Source: an uncultured Acidobacteriota bacterium (GTDB lineage Bacteria > Acidobacteriota > Thermoanaerobaculia > Gp7-AA8). From it: a stretch of DNA of 64,000 bases. Position numbers and translations under genes: made by a program. A model generated the notes under the pieces. The model worked only from the letters and a program-made list of their open reading frames with translations. It made no database searches and had not been told where the DNA came from. Positions 1 through 8,608 of the stretch are shown here, piece by piece; positions within the stretch are counted from its first letter, which is position 1, and each line of letters begins with the position of its first letter. Location: contig CAVUKB010000005.1 in NCBI GenBank assembly GCA_963741955.1, forward strand, positions 992,001 through 1,056,000, read 5' to 3'.

Positions 1-270
1 GACGGCGCGTGCGCCGGCAGGACTCTCGACCTGCTCCTTCATCTGTTCCGGGACCGAGTCCGCGGCGACGGCGAACAGCTTCGCCGATACCGGCTCGCCG
101 TTGACGGTCATCGCAACTTCACCGTCGGCCGTGTCGCTCGCGAGAGCCTCGCTCGAGGTCGTCGCGGACGTTTTACCCTCCTCGGCAGCCTTCCTGCTTG
201 CAAAGTAACCGAGCGTCAACGTCAGTGCGAGGAGCACGACGATTGCAACAATATATGCATTGCGTTTCAA
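1..270 (-). CDS. N-terminal part of an exported/membrane-anchored protein, possibly a SurA/PrsA-like peptidyl-prolyl isomerase (runs off the window edge)
   Basis: Manual translation from TTG at 270 (AGAAAGG upstream): MKRNAYIVAIVVLLALTLTLGYF...VAMTVNGEPVS...; hydrophobic N-terminus plus a VNGEP motif like the SurA/PrsA N-domain; open to position 1. Confidence 0.5.
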   Translation of the reverse strand, partial: MKRNAYIVAIVVLLALTLTLGYFASRKAAEEGKTSATTSSEALASDTADGEVAMTVNGEPVSAKLFAVAADSVPEQMKEQVESPAGARAV

Positions 271-350
271 GTTCGTACCTTTCTTTCCGGCCGCCGTAAA
301 CGATGCGAGGAAGGTCGTGTTGCAGGCTCGACGCGTGATGCCGAATCCGT

Positions 351-379
351 TTGACGAGGCATGATGAAACGAGTAAGCT
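351..379 (+). promoter_or_regulatory. sigma70-type promoter of the nuoG operon
   Basis: TTGACG (351-356), 17-nt spacer, TAAGCT (374-379), about 80 nt upstream of nuoG. Confidence 0.65.
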
Positions 380-385
380 CCCCGC

Positions 386-403
386 TTGTGAAAATTTTCA
401 CGG
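386..403. promoter_or_regulatory. Rex operator (ROP)
   Basis: TTGTGAA-AATT-TTCACGG versus the Rex consensus TTGTGAA-N4-TTCACAA; lies over the predicted transcription start; rex is at the end of the same operon. Confidence 0.75.
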
Positions 404-456
404 CCCTTCAGTTGATTCCCTGAACAACCTCGAGACGAGGGAACTTTCATCTTTTT

Positions 457-2070
457 ATGGCGAAGATCAAAATCGACGGAATCGAAGTAGAGGCTCCGGA
501 CGGAATCAACGTCATCGAGGCCGCTAAACTGGCCGACGTCCACGTCCCTCACTTCTGCTATCACCCCGCCCTCTCGGTGGTCGGTCAGTGCCGGATGTGC
601 CTGATCGAGATCGAAGGGATGCCCAAGCTGCAGGTCGCGTGCGCGACGCCCGTCCGGGACGGGATGTCCGTCAACGTCCACAGCGAGAAGGTGGAGAAGG
701 CCCGGAAGGGTCAGATGGAGTTTCTCCTCATCAACCACCCGCTCGACTGCCCGATCTGCGACAAGGCCGGAGAGTGCCCGCTTCAGGACTACTCCTTCAA
801 CTACGGCTCGGTCAGTTCCCGCTACGGGGAGATCAAACGCACCTACCCGGGGATGGACCGCACGCCCATCGGGCCGCACGTCGTCCAGAACATGAACCGC
901 TGCATCCACTGCACGCGGTGCATCCGGTTCTGCGAGGAGATCACCGGCACGTCCGAGCTCGCGTTCTTCAAGCGCGGCGCTTCGACCGAGGTCGGTGTCT
1001 TCCCCGGCACTCCACTCGAGAACTGGATGAGCGCCTGCGTGACCGACGTCTGCCCCACCGGCGCCCTCACCACGCGAGAGTTCCGTTTCGAGTCGCGGGT
1101 CTGGAACCTCGGGAGCACGGAATCGGTCTGCACCGGCTGCGACGTCGGCTGCAACCTCTTCATCGAGCACCGCAGCGGGCAGGTCTACCGCTACAAGCCA
1201 CGGGTCAACCCCGACGTGAACGATTTCTGGCTCTGCGACTACGGCCGCTTCTCTCACGAAAAGTACGACACCGACCGGGTGGTCGTCCCGAAAGTCCGTC
1301 AGGACGATTACCTCGGGTTCGCCACCTGGAGCGAAGCGATCGACGCGATCACCGCCGCGATCCGCAACACGTCCGGCGAGAAGATCGCGATGATCACCTC
1401 CGCGCAGCTGACCAACGAGGAGGGATACCTCCTCCGGAAGATCTTCGTCGAGCGGCTCGGATCACCGAATACCGACGTCTGGGTCGACCCGATCGGACCG
1501 ATTCGGATGAAGGCACGGAAGGAATGGCTGGAGGGAACCCAGGCCGGACCGAACTTCCGCGGCCTCCGCAACGCCGGAATCGAGACGAAGCCGGGCGCGC
1601 GAACCGCGGCCGACCTGATGGAGAAAGGGGCCGCCGGAATCGACGTCCTCTACATCGTGGATCCCGGCTTCAGCGAAAAGAGCTCCGATCCGCGGGTGGT
1701 CGAGAACCTGCGCCAGGCGAAGTTTCTCGTGGTGCAGGCCTGGGAGAACCACCCCCTCGCCGAAGTCGCCGACGTGGTCCTCCCCTCGGCCATCGCCCCG
1801 GAGAAGGAAGGAACGTTCACCAACCTGCAGGGTCGCGTGCAGAGGATCCATCAGGCGTATCCGCCGAAGGGCGAAGCGCTTCCCGACTGGGAGATCCTCC
1901 GCCGGCTCGGCGCCGCGCTCGACGCGGATGCGGAGGAGTTCAACTTCTCCGATCTCGAAGAGCTCTTCAATCAAATGAAGGAGAACATCCCCGCGATGCA
2001 GTCGATGGTCTGGAACGATCTGGAAGGATTCGGATCCGTTTCCGGCGGCGAAAGCGTCGGTGCACCTTAG
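457..2070 (+). CDS. nuoG: NADH-quinone oxidoreductase subunit G
   Basis: PHFCYHP, GQCRMC, NHPLDCPICDKAGEC, RCIHCTRCIRFC, CTGCDVGC Fe-S motifs; molybdopterin-oxidoreductase-like C-terminus (EKEGTFTN). Confidence 0.95.
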   Translation: MAKIKIDGIEVEAPDGINVIEAAKLADVHVPHFCYHPALSVVGQCRMCLIEIEGMPKLQVACATPVRDGMSVNVHSEKVEKARKGQMEFLLINHPLDCPICDKAGECPLQDYSFNYGSVSSRYGEIKRTYPGMDRTPIGPHVVQNMNRCIHCTRCIRFCEEITGTSELAFFKRGASTEVGVFPGTPLENWMSACVTDVCPTGALTTREFRFESRVWNLGSTESVCTGCDVGCNLFIEHRSGQVYRYKPRVNPDVNDFWLCDYGRFSHEKYDTDRVVVPKVRQDDYLGFATWSEAIDAITAAIRNTSGEKIAMITSAQLTNEEGYLLRKIFVERLGSPNTDVWVDPIGPIRMKARKEWLEGTQAGPNFRGLRNAGIETKPGARTAADLMEKGAAGIDVLYIVDPGFSEKSSDPRVVENLRQAKFLVVQAWENHPLAEVADVVLPSAIAPEKEGTFTNLQGRVQRIHQAYPPKGEALPDWEILRRLGAALDADAEEFNFSDLEELFNQMKENIPAMQSMVWNDLEGFGSVSGGESVGAP

Positions 2071-2080
2071 GGATGCGGTC

Positions 2081-3382
2081 ATGGCTTTCGACACTACCGA
2101 TATCGTCCTGTCGATTCTGAAGATCGTCGTCGTCCTCGCAGTGCTCCTCAACGTGACCCCGATCATGGTGTGGGTGGAGCGCCGGGGGAGCGCGCTGATC
2201 CAGGATCGCCCCGGCCCGAACCGCGTCGGTCCCTTCGGACTGATCCAGTCGATGGCCGACGCGCTCAAGTTCATCCTCAAAGAGGACGTCATCCCGAACA
2301 AGGCGCACAAGGTTCTCTACACCATCGCACCGATGTTCGGACTGATTCCGGCGCTCACCACCATCGCCGTCATCCCGTGGGGCCGTGCGTTCGTCATTCC
2401 GAAGGAAGTGGCATGGTCGACCGGGCTGGCGATCGGAATCGTGATCGCCGTGGCCGCTCTCGCCGCGATCGGCGTCGGCACCTGGATGGCGACGAAGAAG
2501 TACCAGGTCCGCAAGCAGGGTGGGATGCGGTTCAACACCGCCATCGGCTTCATCGTCGCCATCGGCCTGGGGCTCGGGGCGATCGCGGCGGCGCTGATCG
2601 GTTACACCGTCCACGCCTTCGGGACCATTCCCATTCCCGCCGCAGGCCGGGTGTTCCAGCCGATCATCGCGAACGTGAACATCGGCATCCTCCTGATCTT
2701 CGCCCTCTCGTCGATGGGCGTATACGGGCTCGCCACCGCCGGCTGGTCCTCGAACAACAAGTACTCTCTTCTCGGCGGGATCCGCGCCTCGGCGCAGATG
2801 ATCTCGTACGAGCTGGCGATGACCCTCTCCGCGATCGGCACGCTGATGGCCGCCGGTTCGCTCCGCCTGGTCGACGTGGTCAACACCCAGACAGGCTACT
2901 TCGTCATCGCCGACACGGTGAAGATCCCGGCCTGGAACTTCATGCCGATGTTCTTCGGCTTCGTGGTCTTCTTCGTCGCGGGATTCGCGGAGACCAACCG
3001 CCTCCCCTTCGACTTCCCGGAAGCCGACGCGGAACTGGTCGCCGGGTACCACACCGAGTACTCCTCGATGAAGTTCGCGATGTTCTTCATGTCCGAGTAC
3101 ATGGCGATGGCCACCATGTCCGCCCTCATCACCACCCTCTTCCTCGGCGGATGGGACATCCCCTGGTACGACATCCCGGGAACCTGGTGGGGCTTCCTTC
3201 TTTCAGTACTGAGTTTCGTGATCAAGGTCTCGATCATCCTCTTCATCTTCGTCTGGGTGCGCTGGACGCTTCCGCGTCTGAAGTACGACTCCCTGATGCA
3301 CCTCGGTTGGAAGGTGTTCATCCCTCTGGCCGCGCTGAACCTGATGATCGTCGCCATTCTCATCGCGGTGGGCTGGATCTAG
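2081..3382 (+). CDS. nuoH: NADH-quinone oxidoreductase subunit H with an extra hydrophobic insertion
   Basis: ERR...QDRPGPNRVGPFG, SNNKYSLLGGIRASAQMISYE, AETNRLPFDFPEA..ELVAGYHTEYS; ATG at 2081 chosen as start. Confidence 0.95.
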   Translation: MAFDTTDIVLSILKIVVVLAVLLNVTPIMVWVERRGSALIQDRPGPNRVGPFGLIQSMADALKFILKEDVIPNKAHKVLYTIAPMFGLIPALTTIAVIPWGRAFVIPKEVAWSTGLAIGIVIAVAALAAIGVGTWMATKKYQVRKQGGMRFNTAIGFIVAIGLGLGAIAAALIGYTVHAFGTIPIPAAGRVFQPIIANVNIGILLIFALSSMGVYGLATAGWSSNNKYSLLGGIRASAQMISYELAMTLSAIGTLMAAGSLRLVDVVNTQTGYFVIADTVKIPAWNFMPMFFGFVVFFVAGFAETNRLPFDFPEADAELVAGYHTEYSSMKFAMFFMSEYMAMATMSALITTLFLGGWDIPWYDIPGTWWGFLLSVLSFVIKVSIILFIFVWVRWTLPRLKYDSLMHLGWKVFIPLAALNLMIVAILIAVGWI

Positions 3383-3386
3383 AACG

Positions 3387-3914
3387 ATGTTCGAACTGAT
3401 CGTTTTCTTCGTCTTCGCAGCGATCGCCCTCGGCTTCGGCCTGGTGGTCATCCTCCACCGGAATCCGGTGGTGAGCGCGCTCTCGCTGGTCGTGTCGCTG
3501 TTCGCCCTTGCGGTGATGTACGTCCTGCTCGATGCGCCGTTCATCGCGGCCCTGCAGGTGATCGTCTACGCAGGCGCGATCATGGTTCTCTTCCTCTTCG
3601 TGATCATGCTGCTCAACCTGCAGCGTGCCGAAGAGGCGACGACCCGCCCCGTCCAGCAATTTCTCGGCTGGACCGGCGGCATCGCGTTCGGCATCACTCT
3701 GGTCTACTACCTGGCGAAGGAGGCGGCGCTCCACGTTCTTCCGTTGACGCCTTTCGTCGGCAGCGCGCGGGTGATCGGGTTCAGACTCTTCGAGGCGTAC
3801 CTCTTCCCCTTCGAGATGGTGTCGATCCTCCTTCTGGCCGCCATCGTCGGAGCACTGGTGCTCTCGCAGCGCCGCACTCACGAGGAAGTGAAGAGAGAGG
3901 CGGAGTCGAAATGA
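3387..3914 (+). CDS. nuoJ: NADH-quinone oxidoreductase subunit J
   Basis: RNPVVSAL, QVIVYAGAIMVLFLFVIMLL, PFEMVSILLLAAIVGA. Confidence 0.95.
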   Translation: MFELIVFFVFAAIALGFGLVVILHRNPVVSALSLVVSLFALAVMYVLLDAPFIAALQVIVYAGAIMVLFLFVIMLLNLQRAEEATTRPVQQFLGWTGGIAFGITLVYYLAKEAALHVLPLTPFVGSARVIGFRLFEAYLFPFEMVSILLLAAIVGALVLSQRRTHEEVKREAESK

Positions 3915-4213
3915 TCCCGACCAGCTATTTCCTGATTCTGAGCGCACTGCTCTTCACCATCGGCGTGATCGGTGTCCTCACTCGCCGGAACGGCATCACC
4001 ATGTTCATGGCCATCGAGCTGATGGTGAACGCGGTGAACCTGACCTTCATCGCATACGCCCGGCAGTATCATTCGCTGCACGGACTGATCTTCGTCTTTT
4101 TCATCATGGCCATCGCCGCAGCCGAGGCCGCGGTCGGACTGGCCATCTTCATCGTCCTCTATCGTCAGCGTGAGACGATCGACGTCGATGACGCGAACCT
4201 GATGCACTGGTAA
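3911..4213 (+). CDS. nuoK: NADH-quinone oxidoreductase subunit K
   Basis: RRN...MAIELMVNAVN, AAAEAAVGLA; 100 aa. Confidence 0.95.
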   Translation: MIPTSYFLILSALLFTIGVIGVLTRRNGITMFMAIELMVNAVNLTFIAYARQYHSLHGLIFVFFIMAIAAAEAAVGLAIFIVLYRQRETIDVDDANLMHW

Positions 4214-4264
4214 CAGGCGCATCCGCGGATGCGAATTCGTTCTTTTCCAATTGTTTGAACGCCC

Positions 4265-4427
4265 GGGAGTCTGCGCGGTAGAAACGTCCGTAGCGAGAAA
4301 GCGCAGCAGCGAGGCCGAATTCGTCCGGATTTGAGGTGCGTAGCGGTGGCTACTCGCCGAAGATCCGGCCGGATTTGGACCGCTGATCCGCTTTCGCAGT
4401 AGGACAGTTTCTCTCGCGCAGACTCCC
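4265..4427. mobile_element. MITE-like palindromic element
   Basis: Perfect 13-bp terminal inverted repeat GGGAGTCTGCGCG / CGCGCAGACTCCC with further imperfect inner pairing; non-coding. Confidence 0.55.
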
Positions 4428-4434
4428 AGCGCCG

Positions 4435-4450
4435 AGGCACGATCGTCGCA
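4435..4450 (+). promoter_or_regulatory. Putative sigma54 (-24/-12) promoter
   Basis: AGGCACG-ATCG-TCGCA with GG-N10-GC spacing, about 40 nt upstream of the ORF at 4489. Confidence 0.5.
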
Positions 4451-4488
4451 TCTCATCCATATCGGGATACCATCCCCGGAGGAACGAG

Positions 4489-4905
4489 ATGAAAAAAGAC
4501 GACCGGCTCATCAACTGGGATGAGCGCGAAAAGAAAGACCTCGACCACGATGGACTCGACGACGATATGGAGCCGCCGAAGCCCGACGTCGCGGCCGGAT
4601 CACACAACCTTCGTGAACGGCTGCGCGAGAACACCAGCACCGATCCGGAGCTCTCGGGCGGAGACATCGACGCCCGTTGGGAGATGGCCGAATCGGCCGG
4701 AGACGAGACGGTCTCCGGAAGCATGCCGACTCCCGGTCAGAACGACGTCGAAGAGATGGGCACCGGGATGGGCGTGACGTACCAGTCGAACGAAGAGCTC
4801 GAGCCCGGCGAGAAGGAACGCAAGCGGGACCGTAAGCGATGGGAGCTGGACCCCGCATCCTCGGACGATTATCAGGATCGGGCGAAAGAACAGAGTAAGA
4901 AGTAG
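4489..4905 (+). CDS. DUF6335-like acidic protein
   Basis: PELSGGDIDARWE, GDETVSG..PTPGQNDVEEMG...G..Y, RWELDPASSDD motifs; GGAGG RBS. Confidence 0.7.
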   Translation: MKKDDRLINWDEREKKDLDHDGLDDDMEPPKPDVAAGSHNLRERLRENTSTDPELSGGDIDARWEMAESAGDETVSGSMPTPGQNDVEEMGTGMGVTYQSNEELEPGEKERKRDRKRWELDPASSDDYQDRAKEQSKK

Positions 4906-5001
4906 GCGGACGCGGGAGAGCCTCTCCTCGCGTCGCCTGGACGAAAACAAGCGACGTGAGGAGACGGCAACGGGGAGCAGACGTCCCCTGCCCGAATCTG
5001 C

Positions 5002-6939
5002 ATGCTGGACAAACTCGGTCTCATACCTCTCATCCCGTTCATCGGCTTTCTGCTGAACGGCCTTTTCGGCAGTCGTGCCGGAAAGAAGTTCGTCACGTTC
5101 GTCGGTGTCGGTTCAGCCTTCATCTCCGCGATCCTGGCCACCGTCGCCGCCTTCCAGTATGCCGCGGCGGTCCCGGATCATTCGCGGTACGTCGATCTCG
5201 TCTACAACTGGTTCACGTCCGGCGGGATCGGAACGAACGTCGCGTTCCAGCTCGATCCTCTCTCCATCGTGATGATGATGGTGGTGACCTGGGTCGGTTC
5301 GCTGATCCATCTCTATTCCGTCGGTTACATGGGACACGAAGAGGGATACGAACGTTACTTCGCATATCTCAACCTCTTCCTGGCGGCAATGCTCATCCTG
5401 GTGATGGGATCGAGCTATCTCTTCATCTTCGTCGGATGGGAAGGGGTCGGCCTCTGCTCGTACCTCCTGATCGGCTTCTACTACGACAAGGACTGGCCCC
5501 CGCAGGCGGGAAAGAAGGCGTTCGTCGTCAACCGTATCGGTGACTTCGGATTCCTGATCGCGATGTTCCTGATGCTTGCGCACGTCGGCTCGGTCGATTT
5601 CGCTACCGTGTCGCACGCTGCATCGTCCGGTGCGATCCCCACCGGGGTGATCACCGCCATCTGTCTGCTGCTGTTCCTCGGCGCGACGGGTAAGTCCGCA
5701 CAGATCCCACTGTACGTCTGGCTCCCGGATGCGATGGCCGGCCCGACTCCCGTCTCGGCACTGATCCACGCCGCCACGATGGTCACCGCCGGCGTCTATC
5801 TGGTCGTCCGCTCGAACGTGCTGTTCCGGATGGCTCCGACCGCGATGGCCGTCGTCGCGGTCATCGGCGCGCTGACCGCCCTCGTCGCCGCCACCATCGG
5901 CGTCGCGCAGAACGACATCAAGAAGGTTCTCGCCTACTCCACCGTCTCCCAACTCGGCTTCATGTTCCTCGGCGCGGGGGTCGGCGCGTTCGTCGGCGCG
6001 ATCTTCCACCTGATCACTCACGCGTTCTTCAAGGCCTGCCTCTTCCTCGGCTCCGGCTCCGTCATCCACGCCATGGGTGGAGAGCAGGACATCCGGAAGA
6101 TGGGGGGCCTCAAGAAACACATGCCGGTGACGTACTGGACGTTCGCCATCGCGACGTACGCGATCGCCGGGCTCCCTTTCGCATCCGGCTTCTTCTCGAA
6201 GGACGAGCTTCTCGCCGCGGCACAAGGGTCGCCGTACTTTCCGGGACTCGGCCGCGCGATCTGGGCCATCGGTACGCTGGCGGCGCTCTTCACCGCCTTC
6301 TACATGTACCGGATGTTCTATCTGACCTTCCACGGCGAGTTCCGTGGAACGCACGAGCAGGAGCATCATCTCCACGAATCGCCGTGGACCATGACCGTTC
6401 CGCTGATCGTCCTCTCCTTCCTCGCGGCGGTGGGAGGACTCCTCGGCGTGCCGCACGTCCTCGGTGCCACGGCAGGTTTGCATCACGTCCTCGCCCACTG
6501 GCTGGGACCGATCTTCCCAGAGATCCACGGCGTGGTCGAAGGGATCTTCGAAGTGTCCCCGACCACCGAATGGACCGTCATCGCCGGCTCGACGCTCGTC
6601 GCGATCGTCGGCTGGTATCTCGGATTCCGGCTCTACCGCAACCGCGGAACCGCCACGGACGAAAAGTTCGAAGCGAAATACCCGGCGATCTCCGGAACGC
6701 TGGCGAACAAGTACTACGTCGACGAGGCGTACGACGCGGCAGTGGTCGGGCCGCTTCGCAGCACCTCCCGATTCTTCTGGAAGATCATCGACGCGATCAT
6801 CGACGGCACCCTCGCATTCGTCGGGTACCTGATGGCCGTCGTGGGCGACCTTCTTCGATTCCTGCAGACGGGAAACGTCAGGAACTACGCGCTCATGCTG
6901 TTCCTCGGAGTGATCGTATTCATCTGGATCTGGGTGTAG
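5002..6939 (+). CDS. nuoL: NADH-quinone oxidoreductase subunit L
   Basis: FVGWEGVGLCSYLLIGF, GKSAQIPLYVWLPDAMAGPTPVSALIHAATMVTAG, HAFFKA. Confidence 0.96.
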   Translation: MLDKLGLIPLIPFIGFLLNGLFGSRAGKKFVTFVGVGSAFISAILATVAAFQYAAAVPDHSRYVDLVYNWFTSGGIGTNVAFQLDPLSIVMMMVVTWVGSLIHLYSVGYMGHEEGYERYFAYLNLFLAAMLILVMGSSYLFIFVGWEGVGLCSYLLIGFYYDKDWPPQAGKKAFVVNRIGDFGFLIAMFLMLAHVGSVDFATVSHAASSGAIPTGVITAICLLLFLGATGKSAQIPLYVWLPDAMAGPTPVSALIHAATMVTAGVYLVVRSNVLFRMAPTAMAVVAVIGALTALVAATIGVAQNDIKKVLAYSTVSQLGFMFLGAGVGAFVGAIFHLITHAFFKACLFLGSGSVIHAMGGEQDIRKMGGLKKHMPVTYWTFAIATYAIAGLPFASGFFSKDELLAAAQGSPYFPGLGRAIWAIGTLAALFTAFYMYRMFYLTFHGEFRGTHEQEHHLHESPWTMTVPLIVLSFLAAVGGLLGVPHVLGATAGLHHVLAHWLGPIFPEIHGVVEGIFEVSPTTEWTVIAGSTLVAIVGWYLGFRLYRNRGTATDEKFEAKYPAISGTLANKYYVDEAYDAAVVGPLRSTSRFFWKIIDAIIDGTLAFVGYLMAVVGDLLRFLQTGNVRNYALMLFLGVIVFIWIWV

Positions 6940-7000
6940 GAGACATACAGCCGCGCCGGCGCTCTCCTCGCGCGCCGGTGGCGGCCGAGTGGTGATATCG

Positions 7001-8608
7001 ATGAATTACGTATTGAGTATCGTTCTATGGCTGCCGCTCGCCGGAGCCATCCTTCTCGCCCTGTTACCGGGGCGGCTGGAGAAGCCGGTGAAGTGGATCG
7101 GCCTCCTGACGTCGATCGCGACCTTCATCGCGTCGCTCTTCATTCTCGCCGGCTTCCGGGAAGGCGTCGCGACGTTTCAGATGGTCGAGAGCGTCGATTG
7201 GATCCCCGGCTGGGGCATCCATTACGCCCTCGGCGTCGACGGCATTTCCCTCTGGCTGGTGATGCTCTCGACCCTGATCACGCCGGCGGTCCTCCTCTCC
7301 TCATGGAACTCGGTCCATAAGCAGGTCAAGGGATACATCATCTCCATGCTCATCCTCGAAGTGGGGATGATCGGGACCTTCCTCGCCCTCGATCTTCTTC
7401 TCTTCTACATCTTCTTCGAGCTGACACTCATCCCGATGTATCTGATCATCGGCGTGTGGGGCGGCCCGCGACGCATCTACGCCGCGATCAAGTTCTTCAT
7501 CTTCACCATCTCAGGATCGCTGCTGATGCTCCTCGGCATCATCTACCTCGGGGTGCTCCACTTTCAGCAGACCGGCGTCTGGTCCTTCGACATCTCCACG
7601 CTCTACGGCACGGGGATTCCGATCGGAATTCAGGCGGTGCTTTTCGCCGCCTTCTCGCTCGCGTTCGCGATCAAGGTGCCGCTCTTCCCGGTGCACACCT
7701 GGCTGCCGGACGCGCACGTCGAAGCTCCGACCGGCGGATCGATCATCCTCGCCGGCGTCCTGCTGAAGATGGGAACGTACGGGTTCCTCCGCTTCGTCCT
7801 CCCCTTCTTCCCCGACGCGACGCAGAAATACGCTCCGGTGCTCCTGGTCCTCTCGGTGATCGGCATCATCTACGGCGCGCTCGTCGCGTGGGTGCAGCCG
7901 GACATGAAGAAGCTCGTCGCGTACTCCTCCATCTCGCATCTCGGGTTCTGCGTCCTCGGCATCTTCGCGCTGAACCAGGCCGCAATGACCGGATCGGTCC
8001 TTCAGATGATCAATCACGGGCTCTCGACCGGAGCGCTCTTCCTTCTGGTCGGCGTGATCTACGACCGGCGGCACACACGGATGATGGACGACTTCGGCGG
8101 AATGGCGAAGGTCATGCCGGTCTACGCGACGCTGATGATGGTCGCGGTGCTCTCGTCGATCGGCCTCCCCGGCCTCAACGGCTTCGTCGGTGAGTTCCTG
8201 ATCCTCTCCGGCTCGTACCAGACCGTCCCGGTGTACGCGATCATCGCCGCCAGCGGGGTGATTCTCGCCGCGATCTACCTCCTCTGGATGATGCAGAAGG
8301 TCTTCTTCGGACCGGTGACCCATGAAGAGAACCGGCATGTACCGGAGATTGCGTGGAACGAGGTCCTCGCCGTCGCTCCGCTGATGATCTTCATCGTCTG
8401 GATCGGAATTCACCCGAACACTTTCCTCAGCAAGATCGAGCCCTCGGTCGAGAAGCTGATGGTCACCGTCCATACGCCGCGAGCGACCGGACAGATCGAG
8501 GTCGCCCGCCATGCGGTCCCGGCCCCGCCGGTGCCGACGGCCGCAGAAGCCGCCCTTCTCGCCGCCGATGTTCCATCGAAACCAGTGAATGCCGGAGTCG
8601 CACGATGA
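7001..8608 (+). CDS. nuoM: NADH-quinone oxidoreductase subunit M
   Basis: GVDGIS, FYIFFELTLIPMY, AFAIKVPLFPVHTWLPDAHVEAPT, KKLVAYSSISH. Confidence 0.96.
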   Translation: MNYVLSIVLWLPLAGAILLALLPGRLEKPVKWIGLLTSIATFIASLFILAGFREGVATFQMVESVDWIPGWGIHYALGVDGISLWLVMLSTLITPAVLLSSWNSVHKQVKGYIISMLILEVGMIGTFLALDLLLFYIFFELTLIPMYLIIGVWGGPRRIYAAIKFFIFTISGSLLMLLGIIYLGVLHFQQTGVWSFDISTLYGTGIPIGIQAVLFAAFSLAFAIKVPLFPVHTWLPDAHVEAPTGGSIILAGVLLKMGTYGFLRFVLPFFPDATQKYAPVLLVLSVIGIIYGALVAWVQPDMKKLVAYSSISHLGFCVLGIFALNQAAMTGSVLQMINHGLSTGALFLLVGVIYDRRHTRMMDDFGGMAKVMPVYATLMMVAVLSSIGLPGLNGFVGEFLILSGSYQTVPVYAIIAASGVILAAIYLLWMMQKVFFGPVTHEENRHVPEIAWNEVLAVAPLMIFIVWIGIHPNTFLSKIEPSVEKLMVTVHTPRATGQIEVARHAVPAPPVPTAAEAALLAADVPSKPVNAGVAR

